A stretch of DNA of 54,196 nt, the filler included, from Candidatus Desantisbacteria bacterium CG1_02_49_89 (lineage in GTDB: Bacteria > Desantisbacteria > UBA1551), in assembly GCA_001871075.1 (NCBI GenBank). It is 5 parts of 5 records of this genome, joined end to end, with 100 filler letters (N's around TTAATTAATTAA, not from the genome) between each part and the next. Parts side by side here need not be neighbours in the genome. Positions count along the whole stretch, not along the records: positions 30,655 to 45,137 come from MNUP01000042.1; positions 45,238 to 54,196 come from MNUP01000007.1; 3 more parts are not named here. One strand, 5' to 3'. The notes below the pieces were generated by a model. It saw nothing but the letters and a program-made list of their open reading frames with translations, was not told where the DNA came from and made no database searches. Below are positions 40,770-50,114 of the stretch, in pieces (position 1 is the stretch's first letter; the number at the start of each line of letters is the position of its first letter). The position numbers and the translations under genes were made by a program.

Positions 40770-42026
40770 TTAATTTGATTTATCGTTTGGTCCCTGCCAA
40801 AACCGTTCTGGTTCATTGTATTTCCAACCAGTGGTTTTGATTTCAAGTTTATTTTTAGGAAGCTTGGCTTCAACCTGCTCAGTGGTTTCTTTCCAGGATT
40901 TTATGCCGCTGACAGCATCCAGCACCCGGACATTCTGCGCGCCCACAGTGCAGGCGTATTTCAAGCTAACCTCAACGCTCTTTCCGTTAAGATAAGCACT
41001 TAAAAACCCGGCTATCGCTGAATCTCCTGCTCCGGTGGCACTTGCAACCTCTTCAACGCGATAGCTGGGCTCCCACAGTTCCCTTCCAGCCCAGTTATCC
41101 GGGTCAGCCGGCTTTGTCCATCCCATTTTTTCAAGTTCTTTCTTTCCAGCTGTGCGCAGGTAGAACCCGCGGACCCCGCTTTTCAGGCTCACGATCTTGG
41201 GTCCGTATGACATAAGCCTGGCTGACATCCTTGACATATCCTCGCCCTCAAAGCAATCTAAGAGGTCCTTGTCCTTTGATCCTTCCCTGAACTGCATAAA
41301 CCTATCCCTTTCGATCATAAAACAGGTCTCTTCAACGCTCGGAAGGTAGATGTCCACGAACGGGAGCACGTTTTTCAGTATCTTGTCCCAGTCCTGCTTA
41401 CCCGAATCGCTTGCCGGATCAGGAAGTGAAACGTCAAGCGAGGTCGTCACCCCGGTTTCCTTTGCTTTTTTGAATATCCTTGCAAGCTCAGCGCCTTCGT
41501 TCTCGTAAAGCCGTCGCATAAGCGGCGGGTACCCGAGGTGGAAGATCCTTGCCTGCTTTACAAGGTCAAAATTGATGTCTTCCAGGCCGAATGTGTTATT
41601 GGCTCCGGGATTATGCAGAAATATCCTGTCAATACCCGGAGGCGCGAGCGCGAGCGTATACGAACTCTGCTCGCCAGGGACCACATGCATGCCCGCCAGG
41701 GTTCGACCAGTCCGCTCTTTTTTGGCGGAGATGGGCGACCTGCCTCCTTTAAAAGTTTCTTTTAACTTATCAAGAATGGCTTTACCGAAGAAATCGTCCC
41801 CGATCTTCGCCATCAACTCAACCTTCGCGCCAAGCCTGTGCAGTCCAAGGCCTGTGTTTGACACGGGCCCGCCCGTGGAAGTCACCACTTCGCCCACGTT
41901 CACAAGCTTTCCGGGAACGAACAGCTCTCCGAACGATTTCGCCCCTGTTTTCGGAAACCTTGGTATCACGTCAAAGCATATATGCCCGGCTACTACTACA
42001 TCGATTTTCTTATCAGATTTTACCAT
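40770..42026 (-). CDS. PfkB-family carbohydrate kinase
   Basis: GGPVSNTG, IGDDFFG, ATGAGDSAIAGF. Confidence 0.92.
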   Translation of the reverse strand: MVKSDKKIDVVVAGHICFDVIPRFPKTGAKSFGELFVPGKLVNVGEVVTSTGGPVSNTGLGLHRLGAKVELMAKIGDDFFGKAILDKLKETFKGGRSPISAKKERTGRTLAGMHVVPGEQSSYTLALAPPGIDRIFLHNPGANNTFGLEDINFDLVKQARIFHLGYPPLMRRLYENEGAELARIFKKAKETGVTTSLDVSLPDPASDSGKQDWDKILKNVLPFVDIYLPSVEETCFMIERDRFMQFREGSKDKDLLDCFEGEDMSRMSARLMSYGPKIVSLKSGVRGFYLRTAGKKELEKMGWTKPADPDNWAGRELWEPSYRVEEVASATGAGDSAIAGFLSAYLNGKSVEVSLKYACTVGAQNVRVLDAVSGIKSWKETTEQVEAKLPKNKLEIKTTGWKYNEPERFWQGPNDKSN

Positions 42027-42060
42027 TTACTATTCTCCCTTCTGAAAAATTAATAAAAAT

Positions 42061-42089
42061 TTGACTTTTCCTTGATTTTCTGATATACT
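42061..42089 (+). promoter_or_regulatory. Sigma70 promoter (sRNA candidate 1)
   Basis: TTGACT-N17-TATACT with TGn. Confidence 0.72.
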
Positions 42090-42095
42090 ATTACT

Positions 42096-42172
42096 AATCC
42101 AAGTAATTGGAGTTGGATGACCCGAAGGGGTCAGCGTGAAGAAATCCCGAGAAATCGGGTTTTTTCATTTTT
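42096..42172 (+). ncRNA. Candidate ~75-nt small RNA
   Basis: Hairpins TCCAA-GTAA-TTGGA and TGACCC-GAAG-GGGTCA, then a GAAA-loop terminator with T tract. Confidence 0.55.
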
Positions 42173-42195
42173 AAAAAACTTTGATAATATAAAAT

Positions 42196-42224
42196 TTGAC
42201 TTTTAAATGAAATTATGGTATTCT
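42196..42224 (+). promoter_or_regulatory. Sigma70 promoter (sRNA candidate 2)
   Basis: TTGACT-N17-TATTCT with TGn. Confidence 0.65.
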
Positions 42225-42230
42225 ATTATT

Positions 42231-42324
42231 AGAGTGGTAAGTCCGTTACAGGCGGTTCGTTGCGTTCCCATCCATCGGTTGGCAAAAGCAACGGCACGAC
42301 AAGCCTGGAGGCACGCTCTTTTTT
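42231..42324 (+). ncRNA. Candidate ~95-nt small RNA
   Basis: Nested stems AGAGTG/CGCTCT, CAGGC/GCCTG and CGTTGC/GCAACG ending in a T tract. Confidence 0.55.
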
Positions 42325-42605
42325 ATTTATTAGGCAGATATACGGTTTTATACTTTATATATTTACCTGCACCTCTCACCTTTAAAATTTGATCTGCCTC
42401 AGTCATAGTCTTTTCTTCTTACCAATTAGCAAAAAATGCTTACCGAAAATTTACCGATTACCTGCCTTATAAATATATTTATCACTTCAGCCTTTCCCTA
42501 ATTGCTCGGCAAAGCCTGCTTCTGCCACTGCTGCTGTCTCTTCTGCCGTTACTGCCATATTCTCTTCTTTTGCTACTACAACCTTCTCCTCTACTTTATT
42601 TCCAA

Positions 42606-42649
42606 ATGGCTCGATTCTGACCCGATTATGGCTCGATTCTGACCCGATT
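42606..42649. repeat. 22-bp perfect tandem duplication
   Basis: ATGGCTCGATTCTGACCCGATT x2. Confidence 0.9.
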
Positions 42650-42676
42650 AAAACATAATATATTGCAGAACTTGCA

Positions 42677-44059
42677 TTACCTTTTAATCTTCCACCATCC
42701 CCCGCTGGTTTTTCCCTTTCTTCTTAAAATATTTTTCTTTCTCAGCCTTTTAATATATTCTTTTATTGTGTCTGAACCAATTTTTAATCTGTTGGCTATT
42801 TGATTTCGAGAAATCCTGGGATTTTTTATGATTTCCTCGAGTATTTGCTTTTCCAATCCTGATAATGTAACTTGGGGGGTAACTTGGGGGGTAACTTGGG
42901 GGGTAGTACTTATGCTCTCTTCTGCTTTAGCCATATTAAGATACTCTCGATTTTGTCCGAATGTTATATAAAAATGAGTTTCTGTAAAGTTTATTTTCGG
43001 TAACGGAGAGTGATCCTTTTTACAAATTTCCTTTATTCTTTGCATCCCTGAACCGAGTTTCTCGCCGAAATGAATCCTGGAAAATAAATCAGCAATCACC
43101 TGGTTTCTTCTGAAAACAGTTCTGCCAAGAATAAAATGTCTGGGCTTACGCCAAATATTTTCTATGCTTATTTTGTCAGGAAAGAATTTCAGAATGTTAT
43201 TATGCCCATGCTCGAAATAGTCCTTGTGCATAACTGAATTTATCACGGCTTCCCTTACTGCCTCAAACGGATATTCGTAAATTTCTTCTCTTTGAGGTTT
43301 ACCAGTAAATCTGTAGGCTACTTTTGTATACATCCGGGTAAAATTCATCACACCTTCTACTATTTCAAACAGACTTCCTTTCACTTCTTTCCTATCTATT
43401 ACGTCCGTTCCTTGTTTATCTTTAAAAAGAACTACGGTAAAAACTGACCAAGGTATAAAACTTTGAGGATTTTTTGCAAAAAATAGAATACCGGAATTAT
43501 TAAAATGCAGGTTTCCTCTCTGTCTTGTGCTGACATTCAGGCTCAATAGAATCCTTTCGCTTCCTGCGGTCTTAGATAAACCTCCAAGTTCAATAAATTC
43601 TGTCAATTTATTTTTGTCGTAATCTCCGGGATAATTGAACCCTGGCTCCATCAATTCATCAAAACGTATTTTCCCTTCAGATTTAAACAAATCGACAATT
43701 TCATTTCTTGTCATTTTCTGGGAGTTTGGACCCAACCTTTTAAAAAATCCTTCGGAGCATTCATATGGTTTATCGCTTCCCTCCCGAACAGTAATAATAA
43801 GTATATTTTCGAATTTTTCAAAAGCAATTTGCACTTTAGGCCTGCAATTACTTGCAATATCCTGAATCTGAGATTTTAACCTGTTTGAGGCCGCAAAACC
43901 CTTTATTTTGCTATCATCGGTTATGCCAAGAAAAATCCTCCCACCTGAGGAATTCGCGAAAGATACCATCTCTTTGTCAATACCTGAAAGAGACTCTTTA
44001 AATTCTATCTTGTATCCTTCACCTTCTTCAAGTATCATTTTCAGTTCTTTTTCATTCAT
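42677..44059 (-). CDS. AlbA_2 + HATPase_c_4 + winged-HTH protein
   Basis: GEGYKIEFKE, SFANSSGG, REAVINSVMHKDY, EKLGSG, (TPQV)3 linker at 42867-42904. Confidence 0.9.
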   Translation of the reverse strand: MNEKELKMILEEGEGYKIEFKESLSGIDKEMVSFANSSGGRIFLGITDDSKIKGFAASNRLKSQIQDIASNCRPKVQIAFEKFENILIITVREGSDKPYECSEGFFKRLGPNSQKMTRNEIVDLFKSEGKIRFDELMEPGFNYPGDYDKNKLTEFIELGGLSKTAGSERILLSLNVSTRQRGNLHFNNSGILFFAKNPQSFIPWSVFTVVLFKDKQGTDVIDRKEVKGSLFEIVEGVMNFTRMYTKVAYRFTGKPQREEIYEYPFEAVREAVINSVMHKDYFEHGHNNILKFFPDKISIENIWRKPRHFILGRTVFRRNQVIADLFSRIHFGEKLGSGMQRIKEICKKDHSPLPKINFTETHFYITFGQNREYLNMAKAEESISTTPQVTPQVTPQVTLSGLEKQILEEIIKNPRISRNQIANRLKIGSDTIKEYIKRLRKKNILRRKGKTSGGWWKIKR

Positions 44060-44309
44060 ATTATTAAACCTTTTCAAAGCTAAAGCCCTGAGTTACATTC
44101 AGTGAACTCAGTGCCTTCAGTGCCCTCCCGCCCAGACTTCACGTCGGGGCGAGGTCTCGCCCGCTGAAAGACGGGCGGACAGTGGCAAAAATTAGTTTAA
44201 GTTCTCGTAAGTTCCCTGTAAAAAATATATTTCTCTGTGCTTCCGTTCTTCCGTGCCTCCGTGGTTATTCTTCAATTTTCAATTTACAATTTACAATTTG
44301 AAATTTGCA

Positions 44310-45137
44310 CTATTTTTTAAAAAGTTTAACATATTCCTTGTTGAGTTTTTCGATATAGCCTGCCATTTCCGCGCTCTTTTCCTCGTCCACCCGGAACGGC
44401 ACAGCCCCAACGCCTTCGGCGTTCACGGCTGTATGGCAGTCCACCATCTCGTTCCAGGAGTATATCCCAAGCCCGTCAACGTATTCAAGCGTGTTCTTCG
44501 CTATGTCTTCGTAATCGCTGAACTGGGAAGGATTCCCATGCGTGTGGGTCCGATGCGTCAGGATCACGTCCATTTTGAATTTCTTCTTGAATTCCCTTAT
44601 TGATTCATATTCATCGAGCGTGACATCGCCTGAAGAGCGTATAAGCAGCATATCCGCGTAAGCTATCATTTCAGGAAGCGCGGCATACTGCCATTTATAG
44701 CCTACGTAATCCCCGCATCTGCGACCGCAGTCGAACTGGTACGGCAGTTCTGCCATAAAATACATATCCGGATATTTTTTCAGCAGTTCCTTTTTTATGT
44801 CAGCGAAAGCGCTGCTGCAAAGCTCTGCCCTGAATAATATATGGTCTTCAACAGGTTTTGGTTGGGTGAACCTTCTCATATTTGAATAATCAAAGATCGC
44901 GGTATCGCGTGGGTCAATTTCGGAAAAATCCTTATAGCTTGTTCCCCATTCCGAATTCAGCGGATCAATATTTTTATATTTCTTTTTCGCCCATTCCCTG
45001 AAATATTCGTTTGTCTGGGTGTCGAATGAAACCATATCCCATCCTGCTTCAACGCATAGGGAAACAACAGGATGAACCTTCCCGGCTTTTTTGACCATAA
45101 GAAGATTGCCTGTATCAGTGCCAAGGTACCTGTCAAT
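44310..45137 (-). CDS. C-terminal part of a GH42-like (beta-galactosidase-type) hydrolase, 5' truncated
   Basis: FREWAKKKYKNIDPLNSEWGTSYKDFSEI motif; frame is open to the contig edge. Confidence 0.65.
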   Translation of the reverse strand: MDRYLGTDTGNLLMVKKAGKVHPVVSLCVEAGWDMVSFDTQTNEYFREWAKKKYKNIDPLNSEWGTSYKDFSEIDPRDTAIFDYSNMRRFTQPKPVEDHILFRAELCSSAFADIKKELLKKYPDMYFMAELPYQFDCGRRCGDYVGYKWQYAALPEMIAYADMLLIRSSGDVTLDEYESIREFKKKFKMDVILTHRTHTHGNPSQFSDYEDIAKNTLEYVDGLGIYSWNEMVDCHTAVNAEGVGAVPFRVDEEKSAEMAGYIEKLNKEYVKLFKK

Positions 45138-45237
45138 NNNNNNNNNNNNNNNNNNNNNNNNNNNNNNNNNNNNNNNNNNNNTTAATTAATTAANNNNNNN
45201 NNNNNNNNNNNNNNNNNNNNNNNNNNNNNNNNNNNNN
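45138..45237. other. Artificial contig linker
   Basis: N44-TTAATTAATTAA-N44. Confidence 0.97.
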
Positions 45238-45480
45238 ATAATTTTTCCTGCTGAAAACGCTTTTAGGCATAACTTTACAGTTAAGGGCAAGCGCGCTTTT
45301 AATGGCAAGCTCTATGGCTTTCCTGTTCATGACAGGCAGGACCCCGGGCATGCCCTGGCACACAGGGCAGGTATGGGTGTTCGGCTCTGCCCCGAACTCG
45401 GTTGAGCAGGAACAGAACATCTTGGATTCTGTCTTGAGGTGCACGTGCACCTCAAGCCCGATAACTACTTCATAATCCAT
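45238..45480 (-). CDS. gatB: Asp/Glu-tRNA amidotransferase subunit B (3' truncated)
   Basis: [35 protein letters not shown]. Confidence 0.97.
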
Positions 45481-45597
45481 TTTGCCTCTTAATTATGAAT
45501 TATGAATGATGAGTTATGAATCAACTGCAAGGATTTTTTAATTTAAAATTCAGGGCTTAAGCCCTGACTCCTTGACTCATAATTCATAACTCATAAC

Positions 45598-46851
45598 TCA
45601 TAATTGTATTTTAAAGAAGTCAAGCGCGTTGTCGCGGAGGAGCTTGCGGGCGAGCATAAGGCATTCCTCCTCGTCAAACCAGCCCCTTTTGTATTTTTCC
45701 TGGATAACCTGGAAAATGATCTCCCTGGCTATGCGCGAGTGAGCGTAAGCCCCTTCGGCAAATATATAATCCCCGCCAAACCCGAATATCTTGTTGTTGG
45801 GGATCGTGTCAAGCCAGTCGTGGAGTATCTTCTTAGAGGCGGTGGGCGATATCACGTACATCCAGCACATGTCCGCGTAAACGTTGGGGAAATTCTTCGC
45901 CATCACGGCGAGTTCCGAGGAATACGGGTAGCCGGCGTGAAATATGTCGAATTTCAGGCAAGGGTATCTGAAGAAAAGGTTAAGCAGGTGCACGGGGTTT
46001 GAATTCGTAAGGTAATTGCCGTTACCCTCCTGTATGCCGGTGTGGACCTGCAAAGGAAGGCCTTTCTTTTCAAGCTTCTCAAGCATCCTGTGCATCAGGA
46101 AATCCTGCAAAGGCTTGGGGTCCGTGGCTTCCTTCTTGAGGATCCTGTCAAGAACAATGCCGGCGACGGACTTGTCCGTGTCCTCGAATTTAAGGATGCG
46201 GGCGTAGGCAAGCCCGCATTTGGCAGCGCAGGCTCCGTCCCTGACAGCAGTGTCTATCGCCGCATCAATGGTCCCGGACAAGTCGTCCACCGACGCGATC
46301 TCTTTTTTGAAAGCCTTCGATATCGCGTCAATGCTTTCCCTGTTCCATATCCCGATAAGCCCGTCAGTGTAAACGACAGGCGCGAAAAAATCCCTGTCAA
46401 GCTTTCCGAAATAGTGCATGTCCTCGGGCCTAAGGGATATGTCGATCCCGGCTTTTTCCTTCAGCACCCATTTGTAGAATCCTTTTTTATTCGCAGCCGA
46501 GATCTTTTCGGAAAGCTGAGCGAAGGTTTTTCCGCTTATTTCATTTACGCCGTACAGCTCTTTTGCCGCGAAAATCAGGGCCTTACCGTAACCGGTAGTC
46601 CTTACGCATTCCCAGTAAGGAGCAAACTTTTTCCATCTTTCTTCAAGCGGCTTCCCCGTGTCCCTGCATTCATTCAGGTCTTCGGGCTTCATCCCGGCAG
46701 AGATCAGGTCGCAGGAGGCGTAGTGGGAAAACCAGTGGAATAGGTCCACCTTTTGCCCGAGGCGCTCTTCCTCGGTCTCCAGGTGCTCGTGGGTGTCTAT
46801 TATCCTTATCTCGCTTATTTCTTTTTTCAGCCTATCCTCGAAATTTTTCAT
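45598..46851 (-). CDS. Amidohydrolase superfamily protein (uronate isomerase-like/Amidohydro_2)
   Basis: IIDTHEH, QVHTG, FHAGYPY, FGFGGD. Confidence 0.85.
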   Translation of the reverse strand: MKNFEDRLKKEISEIRIIDTHEHLETEEERLGQKVDLFHWFSHYASCDLISAGMKPEDLNECRDTGKPLEERWKKFAPYWECVRTTGYGKALIFAAKELYGVNEISGKTFAQLSEKISAANKKGFYKWVLKEKAGIDISLRPEDMHYFGKLDRDFFAPVVYTDGLIGIWNRESIDAISKAFKKEIASVDDLSGTIDAAIDTAVRDGACAAKCGLAYARILKFEDTDKSVAGIVLDRILKKEATDPKPLQDFLMHRMLEKLEKKGLPLQVHTGIQEGNGNYLTNSNPVHLLNLFFRYPCLKFDIFHAGYPYSSELAVMAKNFPNVYADMCWMYVISPTASKKILHDWLDTIPNNKIFGFGGDYIFAEGAYAHSRIAREIIFQVIQEKYKRGWFDEEECLMLARKLLRDNALDFFKIQL

Positions 46852-46868
46852 GCTGTCTCCATATTTAT

Positions 46869-46949
46869 CGTCATACGTCGTACGTCATACGTCGTACGTA
46901 AATCTTTAAGAGCATTAAACGCAAGACGTTCGACTTACGACGTTCGACG
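46869..46949. repeat. Heptamer tandem repeats (CGTCRTA/CGACGTT); related 7-9-mer arrays near 27428, 30659, 35338, 36336, 44275, 45491, 45576, 53780
   Basis: Short-period tandem arrays at many gene boundaries. Confidence 0.85.
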
Positions 46950-46950
46950 G

Positions 46951-48372
46951 TTATTTATTCTGCTCGTACGCGAATGCGGCGCGCAGGATGTCTTCCTCGG
47001 CGAAATATTTACCGAGTATCTGCAGGCCCACAGGAAGCCCGTCCTTTGTCGTTCCGCAGGGGACCGAGATCCCAGGTATCCCGGCAAGGTTCGCGGAGAT
47101 CGTGAATATGTCCGACAGGTACATCTGCAAAGGATCGCTTGTTTTCTCCCCTATCCTGAACGCGGGCGTTGGAGATGTAGGTGTCAATATCACGTCCGCC
47201 TTTCCAAACGCCTTTTCAAAATCCTGCCGTATAAGAGTGCGGACTTTATTCGCTTTCAAATAATACGCGTCATAGTATCCGGCGGAAAGAACGTATGTGC
47301 CCAGCATTATCCTGCGCTTTGCCTCTTTGCCGAACCCGTCAGCCCTGGTCTTCTTATACATATCGATAAGGTTTTCGCCTTCTTTCCTGTGCCCGTATTT
47401 TACCCCGTCATAACGCTCAAGGTTGGAGCTCGCTTCTGCTGTCGCGACTATGTAGTAGGTTGCCACGGCGTATTCCGTGTGCGGAAGCGATATGTCCACG
47501 CGCCGCGCGCCGAGTTTCTCAAGCGCCTTTATCGCTTTTTCAACTGCCTGCCTGACCTCAACATCTATGCCTTCTATGAAATATTCCTTCGGTATGCCCA
47601 GTTTCATCCCTTTCACGCTGCCTGACAGCGCCTTTTTATGATCCGGCACCGGCTTGTCCACAGAGGTTGAATCCTTGGGGTCATACCCGCTTATCGCGTT
47701 CAACAGTATCGCGCAGTCAGTCACGTCCCTTGAAAAAGGCCCTATCTGGTCAAGCGAAGAACCGAACGCTATGAGCCCGTAACGGGAGACCCTGCCGTAT
47801 GTGGGCTTCATGCCGACAACCCCGCACAGGGAAGCAGGCTGCCGTATAGAGCCGCCTGTATCCGAGCCAAGCGACACTATTGCTTCGCAGGAAGCAACCG
47901 CAGCGGCCGAACCGCCGCTTGAACCGCCGGGAACGTATCCTTTTTTTCTGGGATTTTTAGTGGGGCCGAAATGCGAAGATTCAGTGGACGATCCGAAAGC
48001 AAATTCGTCCATATTCGCCTTGCCTGTGAAGATGGCGCCCGCGTTTTTCAGCTTTTCTATGACGAAGGCGTTGTAAGGAGGGATAAAATTGTGCAGTATC
48101 TTTGAGCCGGCGGTTGTCTTTCTTCCCTTCATGCACATATTGTCCTTTATTGCTATTGGAATCCCATAAAGGGGATCGTCGGACGTCGAGCGTCGGACGT
48201 CGAGCAAAGCTGCTTGCTGCTCCATGTCGTCAAAAACAGTTATATACGCGTGGATATCCTTCTCGGAAGCGGAGATCTGCTTTTCAACCGCCTTCACGAT
48301 ATCTAAGGGGGAAATTTCCTTTTTTACGAGTTTTTCGTGCAGCTCATGGCAGGTCAGTTCATTCAGTTCCAT
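46951..48372 (-). CDS. gatA: Asp/Glu-tRNA amidotransferase subunit A
   Basis: [42 protein letters not shown]. Confidence 0.97.
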   Translation of the reverse strand: MELNELTCHELHEKLVKKEISPLDIVKAVEKQISASEKDIHAYITVFDDMEQQAALLDVRRSTSDDPLYGIPIAIKDNMCMKGRKTTAGSKILHNFIPPYNAFVIEKLKNAGAIFTGKANMDEFAFGSSTESSHFGPTKNPRKKGYVPGGSSGGSAAAVASCEAIVSLGSDTGGSIRQPASLCGVVGMKPTYGRVSRYGLIAFGSSLDQIGPFSRDVTDCAILLNAISGYDPKDSTSVDKPVPDHKKALSGSVKGMKLGIPKEYFIEGIDVEVRQAVEKAIKALEKLGARRVDISLPHTEYAVATYYIVATAEASSNLERYDGVKYGHRKEGENLIDMYKKTRADGFGKEAKRRIMLGTYVLSAGYYDAYYLKANKVRTLIRQDFEKAFGKADVILTPTSPTPAFRIGEKTSDPLQMYLSDIFTISANLAGIPGISVPCGTTKDGLPVGLQILGKYFAEEDILRAAFAYEQNK

Positions 48373-48637
48373 TTTTTCTCCAACGATTGATTACGGTGAT
48401 TTCAACTAATGATTACGGTGATATTAAAATCACCACGGAGACACAGAGGCACAGAGAAAATCTTCAGTGTAAATTAAACAGGTTAACAGGTATAGTTAAA
48501 AAGTTTGGTTTGCACAGTTTACAAAGTAAAATCCGTTGGCTATTTTCGTGCTTTCCTCGCCCATCCTTTAAGGTGGGCGAAGTCTCGCCCGCTGAAAGAC
48601 GGGCGGAGTGCTTTCGTGGAAATCTTGTGAATCCGCA

Positions 48638-49006
48638 TCAATCCATAGTTACTGTTATTTTGGTCCCTGATTTTACTTTTCGCAGCAGTTCAGGTTTCGC
48701 GGAAGTCTTTCCCACAACCACTACTTCGCTGGCAGGGACCGGTTTGTCACCGGAACTCGCAGCGGTGGGCCCGAAGAATATGCAGAGGCACTTTCCTTCA
48801 GGCCAGTACGATATGTCGCCGATATTTACGTCAAGCGTACCTCCCTTTGAAGGCGCGGTAATGCCGGTGTCAAAATATATCTCATCCCCCCAGGTTTTTA
48901 CTTTAGATTCAATGGGCAGGCGCTCGATGATCTTCTTCGCGGTCTCATTTTCCAGAAATTCCGCTTCTATGTCTCCCTGGCTGGTTTTAAAAACAACTTT
49001 TTGCAT
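48638..49006 (-). CDS. Cyclophilin-like fold protein (TM1367/DUF369-like)
   Basis: WGDEIYF, GDISYWPEGKCLCIFFGPT. Confidence 0.88.
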   Translation of the reverse strand: MQKVVFKTSQGDIEAEFLENETAKKIIERLPIESKVKTWGDEIYFDTGITAPSKGGTLDVNIGDISYWPEGKCLCIFFGPTAASSGDKPVPASEVVVVGKTSAKPELLRKVKSGTKITVTMD

Positions 49007-49010
49007 AAAC

Positions 49011-50069
49011 TCACCCTAATATTTTTTCAATTATGGGTTTTAATTTTTCTATTTCGTCGGTTGCTGTATTTAAAATTGTTTCGGGATCAATAGATATGTT
49101 AGAATATTTAAAAAAACCTAAATATCCTTCTTTTTCCTCGAAATTATTTTTTTCAATATAATCCATTATTAAATTTTTCTTCTCCCCGGTAATTTTTCGT
49201 GATATAATACGTGTAAAAAATTTATATTGTTCGGTTGTTTCTTCTCGGCACAACCCACAACAAATAGTAAACCCATTATTCCACCACAACACAGACTCAA
49301 TAAAGGTGCCATCTTTACTTTGGTATTTAGAAAATGGGTCCCTTTCAACACCAAAACCATTAGCCCAATCTCCAAATTTGGCTTCTAGTTTTTTACATAA
49401 ATCCAAAATAAGTTTTTTATAAAGATGGGATGGACCGCCCGTTTTCCCAACTGCTTTGCTTCCCGGGTAAGAACCTTCACTTTCGTAACCATCTTCGCCT
49501 ATCGGCTGAGTCATAATGTATCTATTTTCTAAATCTTCAAAAAATTCAAACTTAAAAAATTTATAAATAATATCAACTTTATTGGCTACGGTTGTTCTTG
49601 TAGGTCTTTCAGCAATAAAATTATCTTTAAAACTTGGTGCAAACACAACATCAATAATTGTATTACGATCTAGACGAAACTCATTATTAAAAAAAGATTC
49701 GTATTTTTTATGTAACAAGGTATAATCAATATTACCTTTTTCAAGTTGGTCCTTTACAATTTGTTCTATTTCAAAAATTGGCAATTTACTTAACCATGTA
49801 GTATAATCTGAAACCTGTCTAATTACATCCGCCGGGGCTTCAACATTTTTTACTTCAACAACATTAAATCTTCCTAAGCTATCTATTCCGAGCAAATCTA
49901 AAAATCTACCTCTTTCTGTTTTGATTTCACGGCCTAAATATAAGATTTTTTCTCCAGTTATTTCACTGTTGATCAATAAAAGATCTTGAACAATTTTTTC
50001 ATAGCCAATTTGCTTCCTGTTAATTTCCATTGCTTTATTATCTTTATTAATTTTAAACAAATAACTCAT
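49011..50069 (-). CDS. NucS-C/DUF91-like PD-(D/E)XK endonuclease domain protein
   Basis: EKIVQD, LDLLGID, VVEVK, QVSDY; AT-rich. Confidence 0.75.
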   Translation of the reverse strand: MSYLFKINKDNKAMEINRKQIGYEKIVQDLLLINSEITGEKILYLGREIKTERGRFLDLLGIDSLGRFNVVEVKNVEAPADVIRQVSDYTTWLSKLPIFEIEQIVKDQLEKGNIDYTLLHKKYESFFNNEFRLDRNTIIDVVFAPSFKDNFIAERPTRTTVANKVDIIYKFFKFEFFEDLENRYIMTQPIGEDGYESEGSYPGSKAVGKTGGPSHLYKKLILDLCKKLEAKFGDWANGFGVERDPFSKYQSKDGTFIESVLWWNNGFTICCGLCREETTEQYKFFTRIISRKITGEKKNLIMDYIEKNNFEEKEGYLGFFKYSNISIDPETILNTATDEIEKLKPIIEKILG

Positions 50070-50114
50070 TTATCCCCCTTGTAAGATATGGTCACGGAAT
50101 GGAGATATTACTTT

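Noticed and set aside
42606..42649. Possible CRISPR array
   Set aside because: Two abutting copies with no spacer, and no cas genes in the window
46753..47625. Long antisense ORFs (e.g. 46753-47625, 48102-49019, 39306-40007, 52425-52940)
   Set aside because: Shadow frames opposite well-supported genes
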